Shown: positions 31,329-40,426 of the stretch, piece after piece | How the letters are laid out: each line of letters begins with the position of its first letter | How positions within the stretch are numbered: the stretch's first letter is position 1 | Source: Roseomonas sp. | GTDB taxonomy: Bacteria > Pseudomonadota > Alphaproteobacteria > Acetobacterales > Acetobacteraceae | Assembly: GCA_028288745.1 (NCBI GenBank) | Contig: JAQGHX010000108.1 | Span: 9,564 to 73,563 of the forward strand | DNA: 64,000 nucleotides | Direction: 5' to 3' | Notes under the pieces: generated by a model | Database searches by the model: none | What the model was told of the DNA's origin: nothing | The model's input: only the letters and a program-made list of their open reading frames with translations | Made by a program: the position numbers and the translations under genes

Positions 31329-32711
31329 TCAGCCCTTTTGGGCTTCGATCATCCCGACAAAGCGGTGGAAGAGATAGTGGCTGTCGCTCGGGCCCGGGCT
31401 CGCCTCCGGGTGATACTGCACGGAGAAGGCGGGGCGCCCGGTCGCGGCGATGCCTTCGTTGGAACCGTCGAACAGCGACCTGTGCGTCACGGTCACGCCC
31501 TCGGGCAGGGAGGTGTCATCCACCGCGAAGCCGTGGTTCTGGCTGGTGATCTCCACCCGGCCGGTGGCGAGGTCCTGCACCGGCTGGTTGGCGCCGCGAT
31601 GGCCGCGGTCCAGCTTGTAGGTCTTGGCGCCCAGGGCCAGGGCCAGCAACTGGTGGCCCAGGCAGATGCCGAAGACCGGCTTGCCGGTGGCCAGCACGCC
31701 CTGGATGGCGGGCACGGCATAGACGCCCGTCGCCGCCGGATCGCCGGGGCCGTTGGAGAGGAAGACGCCGTCCGGGTTGTGGGAGAGAATATCCTCGGCG
31801 GTGGCGGTGGCGGGCACCACGGTCACGTCGCAGCCGGCATCGGCCAGGCAGCGCAGGATATTGCGCTTGGCGCCGTAATCGACGGCCACGACCTTGTGCT
31901 TCCTGGCCGGGTTCTTGTCGTAGCCCTGGCCCCAGGACCACAGGCCCTCGCTCCAGGCATAGGACTGGCGGCAGGAGACGTCCCTGGCGAGGTCCATGCC
32001 CTCCAGCCCGGGCCAGCCGGCGGCCTGGGCGCGCAGGGCGGGGATGTCGAAGCGGCCGTCGGCGGGATAGGCCAGCACGCCGTTGGGGGCGCCGTTGTCA
32101 CGGATGCGCAGCGTCAGGGCGCGCGTGTCCACGCCGGCGATGCCGGGAATGCCGTGGCTCTTCAGCCAGTCGTCCAGGTGGCGGGTGGCGCGGTAATTGG
32201 CGGGCTCGGTCAGGTCCAGCTTCACCACCAGGCCGCGGGCGGCGGGGGTGATGCTTTCCACATCCTCGGCATTGGCGCCGACATTGCCGATATGAGGGAA
32301 GGTGAAGGTGATGATCTGCCCGGCATAGGACAGGTCTGTCAGGGTTTCCTGGTAGCCCGTCATGCCGGTGTTGAAGCAGATCTCGCCCACCTGCGCGGTG
32401 CGGGCGCCGAAGCCCATGCCCCAGAAGACCGTCCCGTCGGCCAGCACCAGCACGGCGGTGGCGCCGGTGGGCGGCTGCTCGGCGGGGGTCTGGGTCTCCG
32501 GGGCCATGGAAGTCTCCGCGTCGGGTGTGGTGGCGATTTGGGGCATGTCGGCCAGGGTCAGGCCGGTGGCGGCGATGATGGCGGGCCAGTGCTTGGGCGG
32601 GATGGCCCGGGACTGGCGCCACTTGCGCACGGCCTCGGTGCCGATGCCGCAACGCTGGGCGGCGGCGTCGGCGCCGCCAATCAGGGCAAGGATATCTTCG
32701 ACTGACCGCAT
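31329..32711 (-). CDS. carA: Carbamoyl-phosphate synthase small subunit with N-terminal Cro-like HTH extension (alternative internal start at 32507)
   Basis: FNTGMTGYQE, LSNGPGDP, GICLGHQ, SQNHGF, QYHPEASPGP; preceded in frame by MRSVEDILALIGGADAAAQRCGIGTEAVRKWRQSRAIPPKHWPAII. Confidence 0.92.
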   Translation of the reverse strand: MRSVEDILALIGGADAAAQRCGIGTEAVRKWRQSRAIPPKHWPAIIAATGLTLADMPQIATTPDAETSMAPETQTPAEQPPTGATAVLVLADGTVFWGMGFGARTAQVGEICFNTGMTGYQETLTDLSYAGQIITFTFPHIGNVGANAEDVESITPAARGLVVKLDLTEPANYRATRHLDDWLKSHGIPGIAGVDTRALTLRIRDNGAPNGVLAYPADGRFDIPALRAQAAGWPGLEGMDLARDVSCRQSYAWSEGLWSWGQGYDKNPARKHKVVAVDYGAKRNILRCLADAGCDVTVVPATATAEDILSHNPDGVFLSNGPGDPAATGVYAVPAIQGVLATGKPVFGICLGHQLLALALGAKTYKLDRGHRGANQPVQDLATGRVEITSQNHGFAVDDTSLPEGVTVTHRSLFDGSNEGIAATGRPAFSVQYHPEASPGPSDSHYLFHRFVGMIEAQKG

Positions 32712-32718
32712 GATGCGC

Positions 32719-32747
32719 CTTATCTGGGAATTCCTTTCCCAGAGCAA
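32719..32747 (-). promoter_or_regulatory. Putative leaderless sigma70 promoter of carA with operator 1 in the spacer
   Basis: Minus strand TTGCTC-[TGGGAAAGGAATTCCCA, 17 nt]-GATAAG-7 nt-ATG; palindrome TCTGGGAA-N5-TTCCCAGA at 32723-32743. Confidence 0.65.
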
Positions 32748-32766
32748 CAGGGCATCGCGGAAGAGA

Positions 32767-32785
32767 TTGGGAAAATTCTTCCCAA
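32767..32785. promoter_or_regulatory. Operator 2, palindrome TTGGGAA-N5-TTCCCAA
   Basis: Same TGGGAA-N5-TTCCCA core as operator 1; centres 43 bp apart. Confidence 0.65.
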
Positions 32786-32883
32786 GCTGCGCTCTGGCCC
32801 TGGCCCGCCGTGCCGCTCTATACGGCGCGGACCAGGGCTGCGCCGCCTGTTTCCGGCAGGCCAGCTATTCGAGGAAACCGACC

Positions 32884-33342
32884 ATGACCCTTCGCGCCCG
32901 CTTTCTGGACGAAATGAAGGCCTCGATGAAGGCCGGCACGGCGGAGCGCACCTCCGCCATCCGCATGATCATGGCGAAGCTGAAGGATGCGGACATCGCC
33001 TCCCGCCCCAGCGGCGTGCCGGAAGTGCCGGAGGAGCAGATCGTCTCCATGCTGCGCGGCATGGTGAAGAGCCGGCGCGAGAGCGTCGAGATGTACACCC
33101 AGGGCAACCGCCCGGAGCTCGCCGCGAAGGAAGAGGCCGAGATCGCCGTGATCGAGGCCTTCCTGCCGCAGCAGCTCGACGACGCCGCGACGGAAGCCGC
33201 CGTGGCGGAGGCGGTGGCAGAGACGGGCGCCACCTCGATCAAGGACATGGGCAAGGTGATGGCCGCGCTGCGGGCGAAGCATGCCGCCACGCTGGATATG
33301 GGCAAGGCCGGCCCGATGGTGAAGGCGAAGCTGGGCGCTTAA
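32884..33342 (+). CDS. GatB/YqeY domain protein
   Basis: MVKSRRES...RPELAAKEEAEIAVIEAFLPQQL, GATSIKDMGKVM; upstream of dnaG. Confidence 0.9.
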   Translation: MTLRARFLDEMKASMKAGTAERTSAIRMIMAKLKDADIASRPSGVPEVPEEQIVSMLRGMVKSRRESVEMYTQGNRPELAAKEEAEIAVIEAFLPQQLDDAATEAAVAEAVAETGATSIKDMGKVMAALRAKHAATLDMGKAGPMVKAKLGA

Positions 33343-33374
33343 CGGGAGGGGCGCGTCCGCGCTAAGACACGGCC

Positions 33375-35216
33375 ATGGCGCTGCCCCCCAATTTCCTGGA
33401 CGAGCTTCGTCTCCGCACGCCGCTGGCGTCGCTGATCGGGCGCAAGACCAAGGTCACGCGCGTCGGCCGCCATTGGAAGGCCTGCTGCCCCTTCCATGGC
33501 GAGAAGACGCCGTCCTTCTATGTCTATGACGACCATTACCATTGCTTCGGCTGCGGCGCGCATGGCGACGCCATTGCCTTTGTCATGCAGAGCGACGGCG
33601 CCAGCTTCCCCGAGGCGGTGGAGCGGCTGGCGAACGAAGCCGGGCTGGAAGTGCCCAAGGCCACGCCGCAGCAGGCCAGGCGCGAGGCCCAGGCGCGCGA
33701 CCTGAACGCCGTGCTGGAAGCCGCGTCGGAAGCCTTCCAGCGCCGCCTTCGCCTGCCGGAAGGCCGTGCCGGGCTGGACTACCTGCTGCGCCGGGGCTTG
33801 AGCGAGGAAACCATCCGGAAGTTCGGCCTCGGCTGGTCCGGCGGCGGGCGCGGCGCGCTGGCCGCCGACCTGAAGCCCCTGGGCATCGACGTCGCGCAAC
33901 TGGCCGAGGCGGGGCTGATGCGGGCAGGGGAGGGCAACGAGCCCCCCGTGGACCTGTTCTACAACCGCGTCATGTTCCCGATCCGCGACCGGCGCGGCAA
34001 GCTGGTCTCCTTCGGCGGGCGCATCCTGGGCGACGGGCAGCCGAAATACGTCAACGGGCCGGAAACCGCGCTCTTCTCCAAGCGCCGCAACCTGTACGGC
34101 ATCGAACTGGCGCGCGAGGCCGCCTTCCGTGGAGCCAGGGTCGTGGTGGTGGAGGGCTATACGGATGTCATCGCCCTGCACCAGGCCGGCTTCGGCGCCC
34201 CCGTGGCCCCGCTCGGCACCGCCCTGACGGAGGACCAGCTCGCGGAACTCTGGCGCATGGTGCCGGACCCGGTGCTCTGCTTCGATGGCGACGCCGCCGG
34301 CGCCCGCGCCGCCTCGCGCGCCGCCGAGATCGCCCTGCCGCTGCTTTCCACCGAGCGGACGCTGCGCTTCATCACCCTGCCTGCCGGCGAGGACCCGGAT
34401 TCCCTGACCCGCAAGGGTGGCGCCGGTGCCTTCCGCCCGATCCTCGATGCCGCGAAGCCGCTGAGCGACGTGCTGTACGACATGCTGGCCGCCCAGGTGC
34501 CGGGCGACACGCCCGAGGCCCGCGCCACGCTGCGCCACCGGCTGGTCGCGGCCTGCGAGGCCATTCCCGACAAGACGCTGGGCAGCGAGTACCGCCGGCT
34601 GCTGCTGGACCGTTTCTTCCAGTCCGGCCGCCGCGCCCCGGCGCCCCGCTTCGCCGGCAAGGGGGACTGGAAGAAGGGCCGCAACGCGCCGCCCATCCTG
34701 AACATTCCCCGCCCCGAGATCGACGGCGTCCATACGGGGCGGGAACGCGCCGCGTGCCTGCTGGCCATCACCATCGCGCATCCCTGGCTGCTGCCCGAGG
34801 TGGAGGAGGCGCTGGACCAGCTCGACCTGGACGCCGCCACCCCCGAGGGGCGGGTGCGGTCCGCCATCCTTGCCTGGCACGCGCAGGCGGAGGCGCTGGA
34901 CCCGGAGGCGCTGCACGCCCATCTGCAGGCGCTGGGCCCCGAGGACCTTGCCTGGGTGGTCCGCCATAACCGCTTGGCGCAGGTGGCGGCGGCGGAGACG
35001 CAGCCCCGGTCGGTCGCGATCGGCTGGTGGCACTTCTTCGGCCTGCTGCGCGGGCAGGCCGCCCTGATGGAAGACCGGCAGGCGGCCGAGCGGGACTGGA
35101 TCGCCAGTAATGACGAGGCCGCGCTGACGCGGCTGGTGCGGCTGACCGAAGCCCTCGCGGCGCAGCAGCGCGGCGATCTGGAGGAGGGCGACGGCGACTC
35201 GGACGGCGGCCTGTAG
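33375..35216 (+). CDS. dnaG: DNA primase
   Basis: CPFHGEKTPSF...CFGC zinc finger, FGGR, PKYVNGPET, VEGYTDV, DGDAAG, DPD. Confidence 0.97.
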   Translation: MALPPNFLDELRLRTPLASLIGRKTKVTRVGRHWKACCPFHGEKTPSFYVYDDHYHCFGCGAHGDAIAFVMQSDGASFPEAVERLANEAGLEVPKATPQQARREAQARDLNAVLEAASEAFQRRLRLPEGRAGLDYLLRRGLSEETIRKFGLGWSGGGRGALAADLKPLGIDVAQLAEAGLMRAGEGNEPPVDLFYNRVMFPIRDRRGKLVSFGGRILGDGQPKYVNGPETALFSKRRNLYGIELAREAAFRGARVVVVEGYTDVIALHQAGFGAPVAPLGTALTEDQLAELWRMVPDPVLCFDGDAAGARAASRAAEIALPLLSTERTLRFITLPAGEDPDSLTRKGGAGAFRPILDAAKPLSDVLYDMLAAQVPGDTPEARATLRHRLVAACEAIPDKTLGSEYRRLLLDRFFQSGRRAPAPRFAGKGDWKKGRNAPPILNIPRPEIDGVHTGRERAACLLAITIAHPWLLPEVEEALDQLDLDAATPEGRVRSAILAWHAQAEALDPEALHAHLQALGPEDLAWVVRHNRLAQVAAAETQPRSVAIGWWHFFGLLRGQAALMEDRQAAERDWIASNDEAALTRLVRLTEALAAQQRGDLEEGDGDSDGGL

Positions 35217-35404
35217 CGGCCGCGCTTTCCGCCCGCTGTCCCCGGCGGCTCTTGTGCTGCGGGTGGGCGGGCGGTTATGGCCGGGACAGTGGCGCGTGGA
35301 GCCCCGGTGCTTTGGGGGCTGGCCATAGCAGGACGGTGCCCTCCTCGCCGCGTTCCGGCGATGCGGCGGGCGGCATGTACGGCGGCATCTGACGGAGCGA
35401 CGGC

Positions 35405-37324
35405 ATGGCAAGCAAGGCGGCGGGCAGCACCGAGACAGTCGAGAACCGTGACGAAGCGGTGGAAGGTGCCCTTCTCGATAACCTCTCGGCCGCCGTCAAG
35501 AAGCTGGTCGCCCGCGGGCGCGAACGCGGTTACGTCACCTACGACGAACTCAACGCCGCGCTGCCCACCGAACAGGTGTCCTCCGAGCTGATCGAGGCCA
35601 CCATGGCGATGCTGAGCGACATCGGCATCAACGTGGTGGAGAACGAGGAAGCCGAGGATGGCGAGGTCGCCACCAAGCCCGCCGCCGCCAAGGAAGGCGC
35701 CGAGGAAGACGAGGACGAGGGCGGCGGCAACGTCAACGAGGAAAATCTTGGCCGGACCGACGACCCCGTGCGCATGTACCTGCGCGAGATGGGGTCGGTC
35801 GAGCTGCTCTCCCGCGAGGGCGAGATCGCCATCGCCAAGCGGATCGAGGCCGGCCGGGACGCCATGATCGGCGGGCTCTGCGAGAGCCCGATGACGCTCC
35901 AGGCCATCCTGACCTGGCACGAGGCCGTCAAGGACGGCCGCATGCTGCTGCGCGACGTCATCGACCTCGAGGCCACCGCCGCCGCCGACAGCCCGGATGT
36001 CCCGACCCCCGCCGAGACGGAGGAGTTCGAGGAAGGCGACGAGGGCGAGAGCATAGGCCTCTCCCTCTCCGCGCTTGAGGAAAAGCTGAAGCCCGAGGCG
36101 CTGGCGGCCTTCGAGGAGATCGAGGATCTCTACGGCAAGCTGCGCAAGCTGCAGTTGAAGCGCATGGAGGCCTATACCTCCGGCGAGGAACTGGGCGGCA
36201 AGAGCGAGAAAACCTACGAGAAGCAGCGCCAGGAACTGGTGGTGCTGGTCGAGAAGGTCCACCTCCACAACAACCGCATCGAGGAACTGGTCGACCAGCT
36301 CAAGGGCCTGAACCGCCGCATCACGGGGTTCGAGGGGCAGGTGCTGCGGCTGGCCGAGGCCAGCAAGGTCAAGCGCGACGATTTCGTGGCCCACTGGCGC
36401 GGGGCCGAGATCGACCCGGGCTGGATAGACCGTGTCGCCACCCTGCCGGGCAAGGCATGGAAGACCTTCGTCGAGCGCTCCCGCGACGATGTCGAGGCCA
36501 TCCGCGCCCAGATCGCGGCCACCGCCGGCGTCACCGGCCTGCCGGTCGCGGAATTCAAGCGGGTCTATGCCGCCGTGTCGCGGGGCGAGCGCGACATGAC
36601 ACAGGCGAAGAAGGAGATGATTGAGGCCAACCTGCGCCTCGTGATCTCCATCGCCAAGAAATACACCAATCGCGGCCTGCAGTTCCTGGACCTGATCCAG
36701 GAAGGCAATATCGGGCTGATGAAGGCGGTCGATAAGTTCGAGTATCGCCGCGGCTACAAGTTCTCCACCTACGCCACCTGGTGGATCCGCCAGGCCATCA
36801 CGCGCAGCATCGCGGACCAGGCGCGGACCATCCGCATTCCCGTGCACATGATCGAGACGATCAATAAGCTGGTGCGCACCTCGCGCCAGATGCTGCACGA
36901 GATCGGGCGTGAGCCGCAGCCGGAGGAACTGGCCGAGAAGCTCGGCATGCCACTGGAGAAGGTCAAGAAGGTCCTGAAGATCGCCAAGGAGCCGATCAGC
37001 CTCGAGACGCCGATCGGTGACGAGGAGGACAGCCACCTCGGCGACTTCATCGAGGACAAGGCGGCGGTCATTCCGCTCGACGCCGCCATCCAGTCCAACC
37101 TGCGCGAGGCCACCACCCGCGTCCTCTCCTCCCTCACGCCACGCGAGGAGCGGGTGCTGCGGATGCGCTTCGGCATCGGCATGAATACCGACCACACCTT
37201 GGAAGAGGTCGGCCAACAGTTCAATGTGACGCGCGAACGCATCCGGCAGATCGAGGCCAAGGCGCTGCGCAAGCTGAAGCACCCGAGCCGCAGCCGCAAG
37301 CTGCGCAGCTTCCTGGACAGTTGA
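35405..37324 (+). CDS. rpoD: RNA polymerase primary sigma factor
   Basis: [56 protein letters not shown]. Confidence 0.98.
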   Translation: MASKAAGSTETVENRDEAVEGALLDNLSAAVKKLVARGRERGYVTYDELNAALPTEQVSSELIEATMAMLSDIGINVVENEEAEDGEVATKPAAAKEGAEEDEDEGGGNVNEENLGRTDDPVRMYLREMGSVELLSREGEIAIAKRIEAGRDAMIGGLCESPMTLQAILTWHEAVKDGRMLLRDVIDLEATAAADSPDVPTPAETEEFEEGDEGESIGLSLSALEEKLKPEALAAFEEIEDLYGKLRKLQLKRMEAYTSGEELGGKSEKTYEKQRQELVVLVEKVHLHNNRIEELVDQLKGLNRRITGFEGQVLRLAEASKVKRDDFVAHWRGAEIDPGWIDRVATLPGKAWKTFVERSRDDVEAIRAQIAATAGVTGLPVAEFKRVYAAVSRGERDMTQAKKEMIEANLRLVISIAKKYTNRGLQFLDLIQEGNIGLMKAVDKFEYRRGYKFSTYATWWIRQAITRSIADQARTIRIPVHMIETINKLVRTSRQMLHEIGREPQPEELAEKLGMPLEKVKKVLKIAKEPISLETPIGDEEDSHLGDFIEDKAAVIPLDAAIQSNLREATTRVLSSLTPREERVLRMRFGIGMNTDHTLEEVGQQFNVTRERIRQIEAKALRKLKHPSRSRKLRSFLDS

Positions 37325-37334
37325 GGCCCTGACC

Positions 37335-37913
37335 GTGGTCAAGCTTTCCCTCGTCGAACCCGCGATCCGCGTCGCGGTGGATGTCACCTTCCTGCGGATG
37401 GCGGCACCGCCCATTACCCCCGCGCCCGGCCTGCCGGCCGATGCCGGCGTGGCGGTGGCGGCGGCCTGCACCGTGCCCTTCTACCGCTACCTCTACAACA
37501 CGGTGGGGCAGGACTACCTCTGGTGGCTGCGCCGCACCGCCGCCGATGCCGAGATCGCGGCGGTGCTCGCCGACCCGGCGGTCACGGTGCATGTGCTGTA
37601 CCAGGGCGGCGCGCCGGCCGGGTTCTATGAACTGGAGCGGCGGGCTTGCGGCCACACCAACATCGCCTATTTCGGGCTGCTGCCGCATGCGGTGGGCCGT
37701 GGCATGGGGGCCGCCTTCCTGCGCCATGCCGTCGATACCGGCTGGGCGCATGGCACGCGGACCCTGACGGTGAATACCTGCACCGCCGACCACCCCCGCG
37801 CGCTACCGAACTACCGCGCCGCCGGCTTCGTCGAACTGCGCCGGGTGCGGGAGATCTGGCCGGTTCCCACCCGCCTGGGCCTGCGGGTGCCGGAGCGGCT
37901 GCTGGCCGGCTGA
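37335..37913 (+). CDS. GNAT family N-acetyltransferase
   Basis: [34 protein letters not shown]. Confidence 0.8.
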   Translation: MVKLSLVEPAIRVAVDVTFLRMAAPPITPAPGLPADAGVAVAAACTVPFYRYLYNTVGQDYLWWLRRTAADAEIAAVLADPAVTVHVLYQGGAPAGFYELERRACGHTNIAYFGLLPHAVGRGMGAAFLRHAVDTGWAHGTRTLTVNTCTADHPRALPNYRAAGFVELRRVREIWPVPTRLGLRVPERLLAG

Positions 37914-37916
37914 ACC

Positions 37917-37950
37917 CGGGCGGCACCCCCCGGCGGGGGGGTGCCGCCCG
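37917..37950. terminator. 15-bp GC hairpin between convergent genes
   Basis: CGGGCGGCACCCCCC-GGCG-GGGGGGTGCCGCCCG perfect stem. Confidence 0.65.
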
Positions 37951-37956
37951 CGCGGC

Positions 37957-38481
37957 TCACTTCGCGGCGGCGGCGATCTGCTTCTCGATGATCGCGGCGG
38001 CCTCGGCCGCATTGCCCCAGTTGCGCACCTTCACCCACTTGCCGGGCTCCAGGTCCTTGTAGCGGGTGAAGAAATGCTCGATCGCGTCCCGCGTGATCTT
38101 GGGCAGGTCGCCGATATCCTTGATGTCGGTATAGGCCGTGTGCATCTTGTCGTGCGGCACGCAGATCAGCTTCTCGTCCTGGCCGCTCTCGTCTTCCATG
38201 AACAGCACGCCGATGGGGCGGGCGCGGATCACGGCACCCGGCACGACGGGGGCGGGGGCCAGCACCAGCGCGTCGGTCGCGTCGCCGTCATCGGCCAGCG
38301 TGCCAGGGATGAAGCCATAGGCCGCCGGATAGGCCATCGGCGTGAACAGGAAGCGGTCGACCATGATGGCGCCGCTGTCCTTGTCCAGTTCGTACTTCAC
38401 CTGGCTCCCCTGGGGGATCTCGATGACGACATTGATGTCGTGCGGCGGGTTCTTGCCGGTGGAAAGCTTCGTCACATCCAT
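37957..38481 (-). CDS. ppa: Inorganic pyrophosphatase (family I)
   Basis: [55 protein letters not shown]. Confidence 0.95.
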   Translation of the reverse strand: MDVTKLSTGKNPPHDINVVIEIPQGSQVKYELDKDSGAIMVDRFLFTPMAYPAAYGFIPGTLADDGDATDALVLAPAPVVPGAVIRARPIGVLFMEDESGQDEKLICVPHDKMHTAYTDIKDIGDLPKITRDAIEHFFTRYKDLEPGKWVKVRNWGNAAEAAAIIEKQIAAAAK

Positions 38482-38651
38482 CTGGGGGACCCCATCCGTT
38501 GCATCGTTGAAGCGCGGGTCGCGCAAGGCAGGGGCGGCTGTAGCAGGGGGCGCGGCGGGCGGCAATTCAGCCGCGCCGCCCTTGCCGGAACGAAGCCCGT
38601 GGGGGCACCATGCGCGACAGGACCGCGGGCCGCCGACGCCGTGGGGAAAAG

Positions 38652-39869
38652 ATGAGGAACAGCCGCATGACCACGCGCCGGGCCCTGCTGGCCATGACGA
38701 CTTCCGCGCTTCTGCTGCCCCGCTTTGTGGCGGCCCAGCCGGCGGATACGCCCGCGCCTGCCGACCTGCTGGTGGTGAAGAAGGTGTTCGAGTTCCAGAA
38801 CTACCGCACCCGGGGCGGCGCCACCCTGGCCGCCGGCCGCATCGGCTACCAGACCGCCGGCACGCTGAATGCGGCGGGCGACAATGCCGTGCTGATCGAG
38901 CATTTCTTCAGCGGCAACAGCCACGCCTTCGGCCGCTTCGCCGCCGGGGAGGCGCCGGGTTACTGGGATTCCATCATCGGCCCCGGCAAGCCGATCGACA
39001 CCGACCGCTTCTTCGTCGTCGCCTCCGACAGCCTGGTCAACCTGAATGCGCGGGACGCCCGCACCACCACCACCGGGCCGGCCTCCGTCAACCCCGCGAC
39101 AGGCCGGCCCTATGGGATGGACTTCCCGGTCGTCTCGATCCGCGATTTCGTGGAAGTGCAGAAGCTGCTGCTGGAAAGCCTGGGGGTGAAGCAACTGGCG
39201 CTCGTCGCGGGCGGCAGCATGGGGGCGCTCCAGGCCATCGAATGGGCCTGTGCCTGGCCGGAATGGGTGGCGCGCGTCATGCCCGCCATCGGCACCGGCG
39301 AGATGGATGCCTGGCTGCTGGGCTGGATGGACATATGGGAAGCCCCCATCCGCTTGGACCCCAACTGGCGCGGCGGCGATTACTACGCCCAGGGCCGGCC
39401 GCCCCCGCTGCAAGGGCTGGCCGAGGCCTTGCGCATCGTCACCTTCCAGTCCCGCGACCGCGGCTGGGCGCGGGAATTCGGCCGCCGCGCCGCCGAGGGC
39501 CAGGACCCCGCCCGCCGCATCCAGGACCGCTTCGCCGTCGAGCAATGGCTGGAGGAGGCGGCCCTGGCATGGGCGCGCCTTTCAGACGCCAATTCCTTCC
39601 TGTATCTCACCCGCGCCAACCAGCTTTTCCTCAACGAATACGACAGCCGGGACGCGGCGTTGGCGCGCGCCAACGCCACGTGGCTGGTGCTGCCCTCTGC
39701 GGGGGACCGGACCTTTCCGGTGGAGTACGGGCGGGAACTGGCAGCGGCGCTGCGCGCCCTGGGCAAGACAGTGCAACTGGCCGAACTCACCGGTTCGCTC
39801 GGGCAGCTGGAAGGGGTCGCGAATATCGGGCAGGCATCCGATGCCATCCGGGCCTTTCTGGCCCCCTGA
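38652..39869 (+). CDS. MetX-like (homoserine acetyltransferase fold) alpha/beta hydrolase with Tat-like signal peptide
   Basis: [68 protein letters not shown]. Confidence 0.8.
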   Translation: MRNSRMTTRRALLAMTTSALLLPRFVAAQPADTPAPADLLVVKKVFEFQNYRTRGGATLAAGRIGYQTAGTLNAAGDNAVLIEHFFSGNSHAFGRFAAGEAPGYWDSIIGPGKPIDTDRFFVVASDSLVNLNARDARTTTTGPASVNPATGRPYGMDFPVVSIRDFVEVQKLLLESLGVKQLALVAGGSMGALQAIEWACAWPEWVARVMPAIGTGEMDAWLLGWMDIWEAPIRLDPNWRGGDYYAQGRPPPLQGLAEALRIVTFQSRDRGWAREFGRRAAEGQDPARRIQDRFAVEQWLEEAALAWARLSDANSFLYLTRANQLFLNEYDSRDAALARANATWLVLPSAGDRTFPVEYGRELAAALRALGKTVQLAELTGSLGQLEGVANIGQASDAIRAFLAP

Positions 39870-39938
39870 TGGCGCCTTCGCCGGTGCGGCCTCTGGCGAA
39901 TCCGGGCCGTCCGGTCTAGCTAGGTCATCCGTCTCCTG

Positions 39939-40012
39939 GCGCCTGTAGCTCAACTGGTTAGAGCGGGCCGCTCATAACGGCTTGGTTGCGGGTTCAAGTC
40001 CTGCCGGGCGCA
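39939..40012 (+). tRNA. tRNA with CAT anticodon, most likely tRNA-Ile2 (lysidine); CCA not encoded
   Basis: Cloverleaf: acceptor GCGCCTG/CGGGCGC, D-arm GCTC..GAGC, anticodon arm GGCCG-CTCATAA-CGGCT, T-arm GCGGG-TTCAAGT-CCTGC. Confidence 0.9.
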
Positions 40013-40020
40013 GGAGACGG

Positions 40021-40391
40021 TTGAGACCCAGACCCCTGAACCTCAACGGCAAGCCGTTCCGCCCCACGGAAGCGGCGGACCCGTGGCTGCCTGGCTGGGC
40101 GGCAAGGAATTCACCATCCCTGCCGGGGCTGGCCGCAAGGACATCCTCTCCATGGCCGAGCAGCTGGGGCAGGTGCTGCGCGCGGTCCGGCCCGGTTTCT
40201 TCCTGCCGGGCGGGTATCTGGCCGCCAGTTTCGCCACCACCACCCGCCAGCCGGGGGAGGGCCTCGGCAGCCCGCTGCTGCATACCGGCGGTGCGCTCTA
40301 CAATGCCAGGATGCCGGGCGAGACCCAGGGCGCGAGGCTATCGAGGAAGTCTGAACCGCTTCCGCTTGGCGTAATGCGCCCCGGTGGCTAG
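40021..40391 (+). pseudogene. Possible degraded gene fragment of unknown family
   Basis: GC3-rich reading (AAWLGGKEFTIPAG...LYNARMPGETQG) that appears to need frame changes at both ends; SD-like AGGAGA before TTG 40021. Confidence 0.3.
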
Positions 40392-40426
40392 AACCGGGGC
40401 GAACATCTCGCCGGAACTGCCCCGCC

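Noticed and set aside
32544-32790. Prophage remnant suggested by the Cro-like domain and operators
   Set aside because: No integrase, cI, replication or structural phage genes nearby; the flanks are conserved housekeeping genes.
39939-40426. Intact integrative element at the tRNA
   Set aside because: No integrase and no duplicated tRNA 3' end seen in the window.
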